Source: Syntrophaceae bacterium
GTDB taxonomy: Bacteria; Desulfobacterota; Syntrophia; Syntrophales; UBA2192
Direction: 5' to 3'
NCBI GenBank assembly: GCA_013177795.1
Contig: JABLXY010000003.1
Coordinates: 701,578 to 765,577, forward strand
Length of the DNA: 64,000 nucleotides
Shown: positions 51,408 to 60,700 of the stretch, piece after piece
How the letters are laid out: the number at the start of each line of letters is the position of its first letter
Position numbering within the stretch: the first letter of the stretch is position 1
Translations under genes and position numbers: made by a program
Notes under the pieces: generated by a model
What the model was told of the DNA's origin: nothing
Databases searched by the model: none
What the model saw: the letters and a program-made list of their open reading frames with translations, nothing else

Positions 51408-51959
51408 ATGCTGAACCCGAATCTGCAGATGACCCACGAACCGGAGGGGAGGGCCGACCTGGAGACCCTCCTGGGCTCCCTGCTGTCCGTTCTCCGCAAG
51501 GAGGTCGAGGTCTACGGCGAACTCGCCGAGGCCGTCGCCCTCGAGGCGGACATCCTCCGGAGGCCCTCCCTGGAGAGCCTCCACGAGAGCAATGCCCGCA
51601 AGGAGACCTGCATCCTCAAGTCCCGGCTCCTGGAGGAGGTCCGGTTGAAAACGGTCGGCCGGATCGCGTCGGCCCTGGGGCTCGACGAAGAGGGGCTGAC
51701 GCTCCAGGCGATCCTGCCCCACGCGCAGGGCGGCCTGGGGCGGGACCTCCGGGACTGCCACCGGGAACTGCGCGCACTGGCCGCCCGGATCCGGGAAGCG
51801 AACCGCCGCAACGGGCGCCTGCTGGATGCGTCGCTCGAGGGGGTCCGCGCCGGCACCGAGTTCCTCGGCAGCCTCCTCGGCGGGGGCGCGACGTACCTCG
51901 ACTCGGGTGCCTTGAAACAAAGCGGCCTGAGCGGCCGCATCTGCTCGGAGAGAGGGTGA
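51408..51959 (+). CDS. flgN: FlgN-family export chaperone for hook-associated proteins
   Basis: LETLLGSLLSVLRKEVEVYGELAEAVALEADIL..., a helical protein located between flgM and flgK. Confidence 0.7.
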   Translation: MLNPNLQMTHEPEGRADLETLLGSLLSVLRKEVEVYGELAEAVALEADILRRPSLESLHESNARKETCILKSRLLEEVRLKTVGRIASALGLDEEGLTLQAILPHAQGGLGRDLRDCHRELRALAARIREANRRNGRLLDASLEGVRAGTEFLGSLLGGGATYLDSGALKQSGLSGRICSERG

Positions 51960-51963
51960 CCCC

Positions 51964-53343
51964 ATGTCCGGCATCTACCAGATCCTCAACACGGCGAAGG
52001 AAGGCCTCCTGGCGGCCCAGGTCGGCATGGCGGTGACGGGCGCCAACGTCACCAACGCCCACACGCCCGGTTACGTCCGGCAGCGGGCCGTCATGGCGGC
52101 GACCAGCCCCGGCGCAGCGGCCGGCAGCGACATCCAGACCGGCGTGGAGGTCACGACGATCGAGCGGCTCTACAACCGCTTCATCGAGCTCCAGATGGTC
52201 GAGCAGTCCTCCCAGGTCGGAGAGGCCTCGATCCGCAAGGAGACCCTGGACCGCATCGAGACGATCTTCAACGAGACCGACGGCGGGGGCCTCAACGAGC
52301 TGATGAACCGGTTCTGGAGCGCCTGGGAAGACCTCTCGGCCAACCCCGCGGGGCAGGTGGAGCGGACGGCCCTGGCCAACGCCGCGGACAGCCTGGCCGG
52401 GATGTTCCGGGAGTACGCCGGCGAATTGTACAGTATCCGGGCCGACTGCAACACGCAGGTGGCCGCGGCGGTCGGCGAGCTCAACGGGTACCTCGCCGAC
52501 ATCGCCTCCCTGAACGGGAAGATCATCGAGGGCCTGAGCGGCGGCGTGAACGTCAACAACCTCCTGGACCAGCGCTCGGCGCTGCTCAAGAAAGCGGCCG
52601 GGCTCATCGATATCCAGTACGTGGAGGAGGCGGGCGGGGCCGTCAACGTCCTGACCTCCGACGGCCGGTCCCTCGTCCAGGGGATCGCCTCGTGGCAGCT
52701 GGGCGTCCAGGTCCGGAGCGACGGCTACTACGACGTCGTCTATGCCGACAACCCGGCGGCCCCCATCAACGGCACCATCGGCGGCGGGAAGCTGGCGGGG
52801 CTCATCGGCATGCGGGACACGGCCGCGAAGGGTTACCAGGACGCGCTCGACAGCCTGGCCGGTGCGATGGTCGACGCCGTCAACACCCTGCACGCCTCCG
52901 GCTTCGACGGTTACCGCAACGCGGGGGGGACCTTCTTCGATCCCCTCGGCGCCACGGGGGCGCGCGACATGCGGGTGTCGGCCGCCGTCCTGGGCGACCC
53001 GAACCGGATCGCCGCGTCGGCGACCGTGCAAGCCGATGGGGACAACGCCCGGGCGATCGCCGGCATCCGGGACTCCATCCTCATGGGCGGCGTGGCCACC
53101 CTGGGGGAATTCTACGCCTCGCTGGTGGGGCAGATCGGCCGCGACGCGACAGAAGCCGCCCGGCGGGAGGCGCACGAGACGGGCGTGATGACCCAGATGG
53201 AGAACGCCTGGGAGCAGACCTCGGGCGTTTCCATCGACGAGGAGATGATGAGCCTCATCAAGTATCAAATGAGCTATCAGGCGGCGGCCCGTCTTGCCAA
53301 GGCCGCGGACGAGATCCTCCAGTCGCTCCTGGAGATGACGTAA
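51964..53343 (+). CDS. flgK: Flagellar hook-associated protein 1 FlgK
   Basis: GLLAAQVGMAVTGANVTNAHTPGY; C-terminal VSIDEEMMSLIKYQMSYQAAARLAKAADEILQSLLEM. Confidence 0.93.
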   Translation: MSGIYQILNTAKEGLLAAQVGMAVTGANVTNAHTPGYVRQRAVMAATSPGAAAGSDIQTGVEVTTIERLYNRFIELQMVEQSSQVGEASIRKETLDRIETIFNETDGGGLNELMNRFWSAWEDLSANPAGQVERTALANAADSLAGMFREYAGELYSIRADCNTQVAAAVGELNGYLADIASLNGKIIEGLSGGVNVNNLLDQRSALLKKAAGLIDIQYVEEAGGAVNVLTSDGRSLVQGIASWQLGVQVRSDGYYDVVYADNPAAPINGTIGGGKLAGLIGMRDTAAKGYQDALDSLAGAMVDAVNTLHASGFDGYRNAGGTFFDPLGATGARDMRVSAAVLGDPNRIAASATVQADGDNARAIAGIRDSILMGGVATLGEFYASLVGQIGRDATEAARREAHETGVMTQMENAWEQTSGVSIDEEMMSLIKYQMSYQAAARLAKAADEILQSLLEMT

Positions 53344-53370
53344 GGGGCGGCGGGGCAGAGAGGTTTGGGT

Positions 53371-54876
53371 ATGCGAATCACGGAGACCCTGCGTTACGAG
53401 TCGCTCATCGCCAGCCTGGGGCGGGCACAGGGCAACTACAGCTCCCTCATGGAGCAGATGGCGTCGCAGAAGAAGATCAACCGGCCCTCGGACGACCCCG
53501 TGGGGGCGACGCGCGTGCTCGATTTCCGGGGCGTGCGCGACGCCATTGCCCAGTACGGGCGCAACATCGAAAACGCCGACGCGTGGCTGCAGCTGAGCGA
53601 GACGAAGCTCGAGAACATCAGCGACCTCATCGGCAAGGCCCGCGAGGCGGGCATCAACGACCAGTCTTCGCAGACCCGCCAGGTCCTCGCCCAGAACGTG
53701 GGGTCGCTCATCGAGGAGATCCTCTCGCTGGCCAATTCGAAGTTCGGAGACCGCTGGCTCTTCGCGGGGTCGCGGACGGACCGGGCCCCCTTCGAGCGGA
53801 TCATCCTGCCCGTGGCCCACTCGGCCAACGGCTTCGACGGCTCCGTCTTCTCCGGCGGGACCTACACGGGGACGGCGGACAAGACCTACACCGTGCGGAT
53901 CGCCTCCGGCGGGGCGCCGGGCACGGCGACCTACGAGGTGTCCGAGGACGGCGGGGCAACGTGGGGCGCCGCGGCCGCCGTGCCTGCATCGGGGATCGTG
54001 AGCCTCGGCGGCGGCCTGACGGTCCGGTTCGGCGACGACGGCACGACGGACCTCACGGCGGGCGACCTCTTCACCGTGAACGCCTACGCGGGCGGCCGGA
54101 CCACGGACGCCCGCGTGGAAGCGCCGCAAGCAGCGGCGAACAACGCCTTCGCGGGCACCGTGGCGCTCGACGCGTCGAGCGGCACCTACGGCGGGCAGAG
54201 CAACCGCACCTACGTCGTGCAGTTCGTCAACGGCGGCGGCGCCGTCGGGGAGGCCGATTACCGCATCTCCACGGACGGCGGGAAGACCTGGGGCGCTGTG
54301 CAGACGGCCCCCTGGGGCGACACGATCACCGTGGACGATTCGGCGGGGCACGAGCAGGTGCTGCGGTTCACGGCCGCGGGGCCGGCCGACGGGTTTGCGG
54401 AAAACGACCTGTTCTACGTCAACGTCTACGCCCCGGGCGTCTACAGCGGCAACGGAGAGGACCTCTCCGTCGCCACGGGCCGCGGCAGCCGCATGGTCTA
54501 CAACGTCACCGGGGAGGAGGCCTTCACGGACCGGGGCCGGGGCACCGTGGACCTCTTCGCCGCGCTGGAGTCCCTGAAGACGGCTCTCGAGCAGGGGGAC
54601 CGCGCGGGCGTCATCGCCCAGGTCGACCGCCTCACCACGGCCCAGGACACGATCCGGCAGTACGTCGCCGAGAGCGGGGCCCGGCGCAGCAGCCTCCAGA
54701 TTTCCAAGCAGAATTACCAGGTCCTCGACGACAAGATCGCGGGACTCGTGTCCGCGACGGAGGGTGTCGACCTCGAACGGCTCATCGTCGAGTTCAAGAT
54801 GAAGGAGACCGCCCTGCAGGCCTCCTACGCGATGTCGGTCCAGATCGGCAGGATGTCGATCCTGCAGTATCTGTAG
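53371..54876 (+). CDS. flgL: Flagellar hook-associated protein 3 FlgL with a large central insertion
   Basis: MRITETLRYESL...KKINRPSDDPVGA N motif; flagellin-like C-terminus VDLERLIVEFKMKETALQASYAMSVQIGRMSILQYL. At about 500 aa it exceeds typical FlgL proteins of about 300 aa. Confidence 0.88.
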   Translation: MRITETLRYESLIASLGRAQGNYSSLMEQMASQKKINRPSDDPVGATRVLDFRGVRDAIAQYGRNIENADAWLQLSETKLENISDLIGKAREAGINDQSSQTRQVLAQNVGSLIEEILSLANSKFGDRWLFAGSRTDRAPFERIILPVAHSANGFDGSVFSGGTYTGTADKTYTVRIASGGAPGTATYEVSEDGGATWGAAAAVPASGIVSLGGGLTVRFGDDGTTDLTAGDLFTVNAYAGGRTTDARVEAPQAAANNAFAGTVALDASSGTYGGQSNRTYVVQFVNGGGAVGEADYRISTDGGKTWGAVQTAPWGDTITVDDSAGHEQVLRFTAAGPADGFAENDLFYVNVYAPGVYSGNGEDLSVATGRGSRMVYNVTGEEAFTDRGRGTVDLFAALESLKTALEQGDRAGVIAQVDRLTTAQDTIRQYVAESGARRSSLQISKQNYQVLDDKIAGLVSATEGVDLERLIVEFKMKETALQASYAMSVQIGRMSILQYL

Positions 54877-54885
54877 GGATAGCGC

Positions 54886-54913
54886 TCAAGTTTTCCGGGA
54901 AAGGGTCCGATAG
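54886..54913 (+). promoter_or_regulatory. Sigma-28 promoter TCAAGTTT-N12-TCCGATAG
   Basis: Read directly, about 160 nt upstream of the flagellin ATG, implying a 5' UTR of roughly 150 nt. Confidence 0.6.
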
Positions 54914-55071
54914 GTACCGGTGAAAGGGCTTTGAAATCCGGAAAGGAGGTTAAGCGACAGCGCGGCGAGAGCCGCATGCCGGGCATGCAGCCCAAATCAC
55001 GGAACCCGACGCTCTTTCGGACCCGCCGGCAAGAATGCCGGCCACAACATCCAGAAAAGGAGACTTGATTC

Positions 55072-55893
55072 ATGGCTATCAATGACATCTCTTTGACCTC
55101 CGGAATGCGGAACAACCTCGTCAGCCTGCAGGGCACCGTCGAGCTTCTCAACCGCACCCAGGAACGTCTCGCCACCGGCAAGCGGGTGAACAGCCCCCTG
55201 GACAACGCGACCAACTACTTCGTGGCCAAGTCCCACATGGACCGCGCCACGGACCTCAGCGTCCGCAAGGACGGCATGAGCGAGGCCATCCAGACGGTCA
55301 AGGCGGCCAACGCGGGCATCCAGGCCATCACGGACCTGATCGCGAGCGCCAAGGGTATCGCCCAGTCGGCCCTCTCGGCGGGGACGGCGGAGCGCTCCGT
55401 TCTGGCGGCCCAGTACGACCAGATCCGGACACAGATCGACCAGCTTGCCGAGGACTCCGGCTACAAGGGCACGAACCTCCTGGATTCGGGCGATCTCACG
55501 GTCCAGTTCAACGAGGACGGCACCAACTCGCTGACCATCTCCGGCTTCGACGCCTCGACGGCCAGCCTCGGGATCGATGCCGCCGTCGGCAACTGGGCGG
55601 ACGTCAACGACATCAGCGGCACGGGCGGCGCCATCGCGGATCTCGACGCGGCGCTCAACACGCTGCGGGCACAGGCCAAGAACCTGTCGTCGAACCTCAA
55701 CATCATCACGACGCGAAGCTCGTTCACGCAGGGGATGATCAACGTCCTCACGGAGGGCGCCACCAACCTCACGGCGGCCGACACGAACGAGGAGGGAGCC
55801 AACATGCTCATGCTCCAGGTCCGGCAGTCCCTGGGCACGACGGCCCTCAGCCTCTCGGCCCAGGCGGCGCAGTCGGTCCTGAGGTTGTTTTAG
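55072..55893 (+). CDS. fliC: Flagellin (short, D0/D1-only type)
   Basis: 273 aa. ISLTSGMRNNLVSLQGTVELLNRTQERLATGKRVNSPLDNATNYF; C-terminal EEGANMLMLQVRQSLGTTALSLSAQAAQSVLRLF. AAAAGGAGA RBS. Confidence 0.92.
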   Translation: MAINDISLTSGMRNNLVSLQGTVELLNRTQERLATGKRVNSPLDNATNYFVAKSHMDRATDLSVRKDGMSEAIQTVKAANAGIQAITDLIASAKGIAQSALSAGTAERSVLAAQYDQIRTQIDQLAEDSGYKGTNLLDSGDLTVQFNEDGTNSLTISGFDASTASLGIDAAVGNWADVNDISGTGGAIADLDAALNTLRAQAKNLSSNLNIITTRSSFTQGMINVLTEGATNLTAADTNEEGANMLMLQVRQSLGTTALSLSAQAAQSVLRLF

Positions 55894-55970
55894 CAACGGG
55901 GACCTGAGCGGGAGCGCCTATCTCCCCTCGGATCAGGCCCCCATGCAAGACCAGACTCTCGCATAGGCCC

Positions 55971-56005
55971 GGCACGAGGAGGGGCCCCGCGCCCCTCCCC
56001 GTGCC
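55971..56005 (+). other. Strong GC hairpin GGCACGAGGAGGGGC-cccgc-GCCCCTCCCCGTGCC
   Basis: 15-bp stem with one mismatch and no U-tract. It lies 8 nt upstream of the AGGAGG RBS of the flagellin-like gene. Confidence 0.6.
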
Positions 56006-56026
56006 TGCCGTGCAGGAGGTCGTGTT

Positions 56027-56899
56027 ATGGACGGAATCAAAGCAGCCACAGACCGGGCGCTGATCGCCGCCGAGCATGCGAGATCGTCGATGGACGCGGC
56101 GACGAAGCGGATCGCGACGGGCCGGAAGATCAACGCCGCCGCGGACGACCCGGCCCGGTGGGCGTCGACGCAGAAGGCGCGGTCGGTCGACGGGCACCTG
56201 CAGGCCGTCAACGCCGGCCTCGAGACCGTCGCAATCGGCATCCGCGGCGCCGACCAGGCCATGGCCGCCATCGAGGAGCACCTCGACCAGATGATCGAGA
56301 TGGTCAAGCTCTTTCCGCCATACCCGGAGGGGGACAACGCGGAGGAGCGGATCCGGATGCTGCGGAGCTTCAACGGGATCCGGAGGCTCATCGACCAGCT
56401 GACGGTCCCGCCGAGGGACGACCTGGGGCAGGCGATCATGTCCGACCCCGCCGCGAACGACGTGCCCGACTCCTGGCCGGTCATCGTCAACGAGCAGGGC
56501 GACGTCAAGACGATTCGGAGGCAGGAGGTCCACACGGGGCCCACGGGTCTCAACATCCCCGAGCTCACCGAGGCGGACCTGACCGAAGACGGGCGGGCAG
56601 GCGGACCCCTGAGCCGGCAGAAGCTCGACGGCATCGCGGCCAATCTCGAAAACGCCAAGGCGATCCTGCGGCAGCGCAGGGCCGCCCTCGGCAGCGACGC
56701 GGCCGCCATCGCCCGGGCGAAGACGTCCAACGCGGAGGCTGCGAACTTCCACAAGGCCTACGCGGAAAAGCTGGAGAGCGCCGACATCAACGAGACGGCC
56801 GCGCAGGTAACGAGCATCCAACTCAAGCAGTCCCTGGCCCTCGAGTCGCTGGGAAGCATCACGTCCATGCGCTCGGAGCTGGTCGCGCTGCTGAAGTGA
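56027..56899 (+). CDS. Divergent flagellin-family protein with a non-canonical central region
   Basis: N-terminal KRIATGRKINAAADDPARWAST...LQAVNAGLETV (flagellin N motif); C-terminal LESADINETAAQVTSIQLKQSLALESLGSITSMRSELVALLK (flagellin C motif). The middle roughly 110 aa is unlike known flagellin domains. Confidence 0.6.
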   Translation: MDGIKAATDRALIAAEHARSSMDAATKRIATGRKINAAADDPARWASTQKARSVDGHLQAVNAGLETVAIGIRGADQAMAAIEEHLDQMIEMVKLFPPYPEGDNAEERIRMLRSFNGIRRLIDQLTVPPRDDLGQAIMSDPAANDVPDSWPVIVNEQGDVKTIRRQEVHTGPTGLNIPELTEADLTEDGRAGGPLSRQKLDGIAANLENAKAILRQRRAALGSDAAAIARAKTSNAEAANFHKAYAEKLESADINETAAQVTSIQLKQSLALESLGSITSMRSELVALLK

Positions 56900-56903
56900 T
56901 CCC

Positions 56904-57320
56904 ATGGCCCTGAGAATCGAGCTGAAACCGCGCGAGCGGTTCATCCTGGGGGGAGCCGTCATCCAGAACGGCGATAGCCGCTCGGAGTGGATCCTGGAGA
57001 ACAACGTCCCGATTCTCCGCGGGAAAAACATCATGAGCCTCGAGAAGGCCGACACCCCGTGCAAGCGGGTCTACTTCCTGATCCAGCTCATGTACGTGGA
57101 GGGGGGCAATCTCGAGGGGCACCAGGAAACATACTGGACCCTGGTCCGCGACATCGTCCGGGCGGCGCCCAGCCTGCTCGATCTCGTCGACGCCATCAAC
57201 GAACACATCGTGGGGGGCCGATACTACGAGGCCCTCAAGCTGACGCGGAAACTCATCACCGAAGAGGAGAGGTTGATTCAACATGCAAACGCAGGTACAG
57301 GCCTACCGGAACACCCATAA
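56904..57320 (+). CDS. flbT: Flagellin translation regulator FlbT
   Basis: MALRIELKPRERFILGGAVIQNGDSRSEWILENNVPILRGKNIM...TPCKRVYFLIQLMY matches the FlbT family pattern (MxLKLxLKPGEKxxINGAVxxNGD). Confidence 0.85.
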   Translation: MALRIELKPRERFILGGAVIQNGDSRSEWILENNVPILRGKNIMSLEKADTPCKRVYFLIQLMYVEGGNLEGHQETYWTLVRDIVRAAPSLLDLVDAINEHIVGGRYYEALKLTRKLITEEERLIQHANAGTGLPEHP

Positions 57321-57672
57321 GATGGTCATGTCGGACCGGGAAGTGGAGGCAGCGGTCCTCACGAAGGCGGCCCTCATGCTCCGCGACTGCCAGGAGAACT
57401 GGACCCGCGGCGGCAGCAACGGCATGCTCGACGAGGCGCTGCGCTACAACCAGCTCGTCTGGAGCATCTTCCAGGCGGAGATCACCCGGAAGGACCACCC
57501 GATGCCCGTGGACCTGCGGCAGAAGATCCTGACACTCAGCCGCTTCATCGACCGGCGCATCTTCGAGGTCATGGCCTACCCGAATGCGGGCAAGCTCGAC
57601 GCCATCATCAACATCAACCTCAACCTCGCCGCCGGGCTGAGAGGGTCTCCCGAAGGGGATCTGGAGGACTGA
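57283..57672 (+). CDS. flaF: Flagellar biosynthesis regulator FlaF
   Basis: QAYRNT...SDREVEAAVLTKAALML...EALRYNQLVWSIFQAEI...PMPVDLRQKILTLSRFI matches the FlaF family pattern. It overlaps flbT by 38 nt; the alternative ATG at 57322 would remove the overlap. Confidence 0.8.
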   Translation: MQTQVQAYRNTHKMVMSDREVEAAVLTKAALMLRDCQENWTRGGSNGMLDEALRYNQLVWSIFQAEITRKDHPMPVDLRQKILTLSRFIDRRIFEVMAYPNAGKLDAIININLNLAAGLRGSPEGDLED

Positions 57673-57700
57673 CCGCCGCGGGCGGAAAGACGGAACCAAA

Positions 57701-57741
57701 GGGGGGCGGGCCGATGGACATATCGGACCGCCCCCTTCGTT
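57701..57741. terminator. Bidirectional terminator hairpin GGGGGGCGGGCCGAT-ggacat-ATCGGACCGCCCCC flanked by AAA / TTCGTTT
   Basis: 14/15-bp stem in the 126-nt spacer between the convergent flaF and giant glycosyltransferase genes. Confidence 0.7.
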
Positions 57742-57798
57742 TGACCGTGATTTGCCTGAGACGGATCCGCCGTGACTCCCGTGCGCGGGGGATGCCCG

Positions 57799-60700
57799 TC
57801 ACGGCCGGAGCGGCTCGCCCCGTCTGTCGGAGGCCGATGCCGTCTGCAGCGGCGGGATGTCGGCCCCCAGGGCCGACATGATCTGACCGACCTCTTCCGG
57901 CGAGCCTTCGAGCCCGCGGCATTTCAGCGCGTCCGCCCACAGCCTGCGGGCTTCCGCAAGAAGCGCTTCGGCGTCATGGCCGCGGCCGGCCTCCCGCAGG
58001 CGTGCGGCGTAGACCTGGAAAAAGGCGGCAGGGTTGAGTTCCCGGCCCGACAGCGCACGGATCCCCTCCTCGGCCTCGGCGCGCCGGCCCGCGAGCAGGC
58101 AGGCGGCGCAGAGGAGAGCCGCTGCGGGCGGGTAGTCGCCCGTTGTGGAAAGGAGGCTTTCGAGTCTCTCGGCTGCCTTTTCCGGGCATCCTTGGTAAAA
58201 TTCGGCCATGGCCAGGTTCAGGGCAGCCTCCTTCAGCCCGGGGTCAATGGCCAGCGCCTTGCGGGAGGCGTCGATCGCCCTGCCGTACTGCCCGGTTTCG
58301 AGGTAGGCGTGCCCAAGGTTCAGGAATGCCAGGGGCAGGTCATCCCGGCAGCCGAGCGAAAGATACCGCTGCCACAACTCGATGGCCTCCGCAAACCGCC
58401 GAAGCCTCCCTGCCTGGACGGCCAGCTCGTAGACCGCCCGGGGATTCCCGTCTGTCGCCTCGAGTTTCTGCCGTCCCAGCCGGTAGTAGAACTCGCCCTT
58501 GCTCCTGCCGGCAAGCGGCCCGTAGTGATGGACCGGGACGTCGCAGGCGGCCCAGCGAAGGCCGTGGCGTTCCATGGCAGGCTCGACCATCTCGTGGACG
58601 GCCCCCTCGTAGCGGATGCGGGGGTCGTTGCGGAAGAGCCGGACCTTCCTGCTCGGGAACCACCCGGGCCCTGCCTCCTCGGAAGGATACAGGCCGTCGT
58701 TGCCCGTCCATCCCTCGGCATTCATCTCGGTCGAATAGTTCCTTGTGGGGAGGACAAACCCGGCTGCGTCCTCGGGTGCCGTCGCGGCGAGCCGGACCAG
58801 CCGCTCCGCATCCGCCGGTGCGAGGGCCTCATCGGCATCGAGGATGAAGATCCAGTCCCCCGTCGCCCTGGAGAGCGAGAAGTTCCTCGCCGCCGCGAAG
58901 TCGTCGCACCAGGGGAAATCGAATACGTTTGCGCCCGAAGCAAGGGCGATCTCCCGGGTCCGGTCTTTCGACCCCGTGTCCACGACGATCATCTCGGAGA
59001 CGGCCGCCCGGACGCTCGAAAGGGCCCGGCCGATCGATGCCTCCTCGTCGCGGGCGATCATGCAGAGGCTGATGGCCGGGCGCTCCGCGAAACCCTCGCT
59101 CGGCGGGTCAGCCGCCGGGTGTGAGGCCCCGCCGCGCGCAAGAGATGCCGCAGCCTCGGGGCGTCCCGCCTGTCTCAGTTTCGTCGCATACGACTGCAGG
59201 AAGGATGTGTCCGTGAAACCGGCTTGGCGCAGTGCGGCCAGAGGAACGCTTGCCTTTTCCCTCTCCCCTCGGACAAGGTAGGCAGCGGCCAGCAAGGCGC
59301 TGGCGGGGGGATAGTTCTCGACCCGCTCGAGCAGCCTCTCCAGGATCGAGATCGTCTGTGTCACGTCGCCGGCGTAGAACTCCGCCATGGCGCAGTTGAG
59401 ACAGGCCTCCTTCATGCCCGGGTCGAGAGCCACGGCCTTTCTTGCGCTGTCGAGCGCCTCGCGATACCTGCCGGCCTCCAGATGGAGGTGAGCAAGGTTC
59501 ATGTGTGCCTGGGCGCTGTCCGGCTCGAGGGAAACGACACGGGACCAGAGTGCGAAGGCCTCCTCGCGGTCTCCGAGTTCCATCGCCTGTATGGCCAGCT
59601 CGCGGACACTCCGGGCGTCGGATCCGTTGTCCTCGAGTTTCTTCTTGCCCAGGTCGAAGTAATTTTTCCCTTTTTCAAGGGTCTTCCCGGGGTCGAGCTT
59701 CCCGTAGTGATGCACGGGGACGGCGAGCGCCTCGGGCTTCAGCCCGATTCTCTTTAGCGAGGGTTCCACGATCTCGTGGACGCGGTTTTCGAAGCGGATC
59801 CGCTTGTCCCGGCTGAAGAGCCTCACCTTGCCGCTCGGGAACCAGCCGCTTCCGGCCTCTTCGGCATACTGCCCGTCGTTGGCCTGCCAGCCTCTCTGCT
59901 GGGGGATGTCGAGGTAGTTTCGGGTCACCATCGTGAAGGCGCGGGGCTTCCCAGGCGCCTTGGCCGTAAATTTCCTGAAGACCGGGTAATCGCGCGGCGA
60001 GAGGACCTCGTCGGCGTCGAGAACGAGGACCCAGTCCCCCGTCGCCTTCGAAAGCGAGAAGTTCCTCGCCTCGGCGAAGTCCTCGGTCCAGGCAAAATCG
60101 TACACCTGTGCGCCGAGAGCCCGGCTGAGCTCCCGCGTGCGGTCCGTCGAGCCCGTGTCGACGACGATGATCTCGTCCACCACGGGCTTGGCGCTCAGGA
60201 GACAGCGGGCGATGTGCTTCTCCTCGTTCTTCACGATCATGCACAGCGACACCCGTGCCTTTTTCTTCGAAGCATCCCTCATCCCGGCGTGCGGGCCGAC
60301 CCGGTCCCTCACGTGCAACGCCGACGCGAGGAACGCGTCGTCGATGTCGAAGAGCGTCAAGGCGTGCTCGATCTCCCCCATCGCCTCCTCGTGCCTGCCG
60401 AGGCCGATGAGCAGGTCGATGAGCATGAGCCGCAGGTGGCGGCAGTCGGGATAAAGGGCCCTCGCCTCGCGGAAGAGGTCCGCTGCGCTCTCCTGCCTTC
60501 CGAGGGACGCCGCCGCGGCGTGGTAGCGTTCCGCACAGTCCGGCACGTGGGGCGAGAGGATAAAGCCCCTCTCCAGGAGTCCATAGGCGTCTTCCTGGTT
60601 TCCGGATGCCCATTGCAGCACCCCGAGGTTCGTGAGCGGCTCGCCCCATGCGGGGTCGCAGGCGGCCGCCCTGCGGAAGTGCGTTTCCGCCCCCTGGCGG

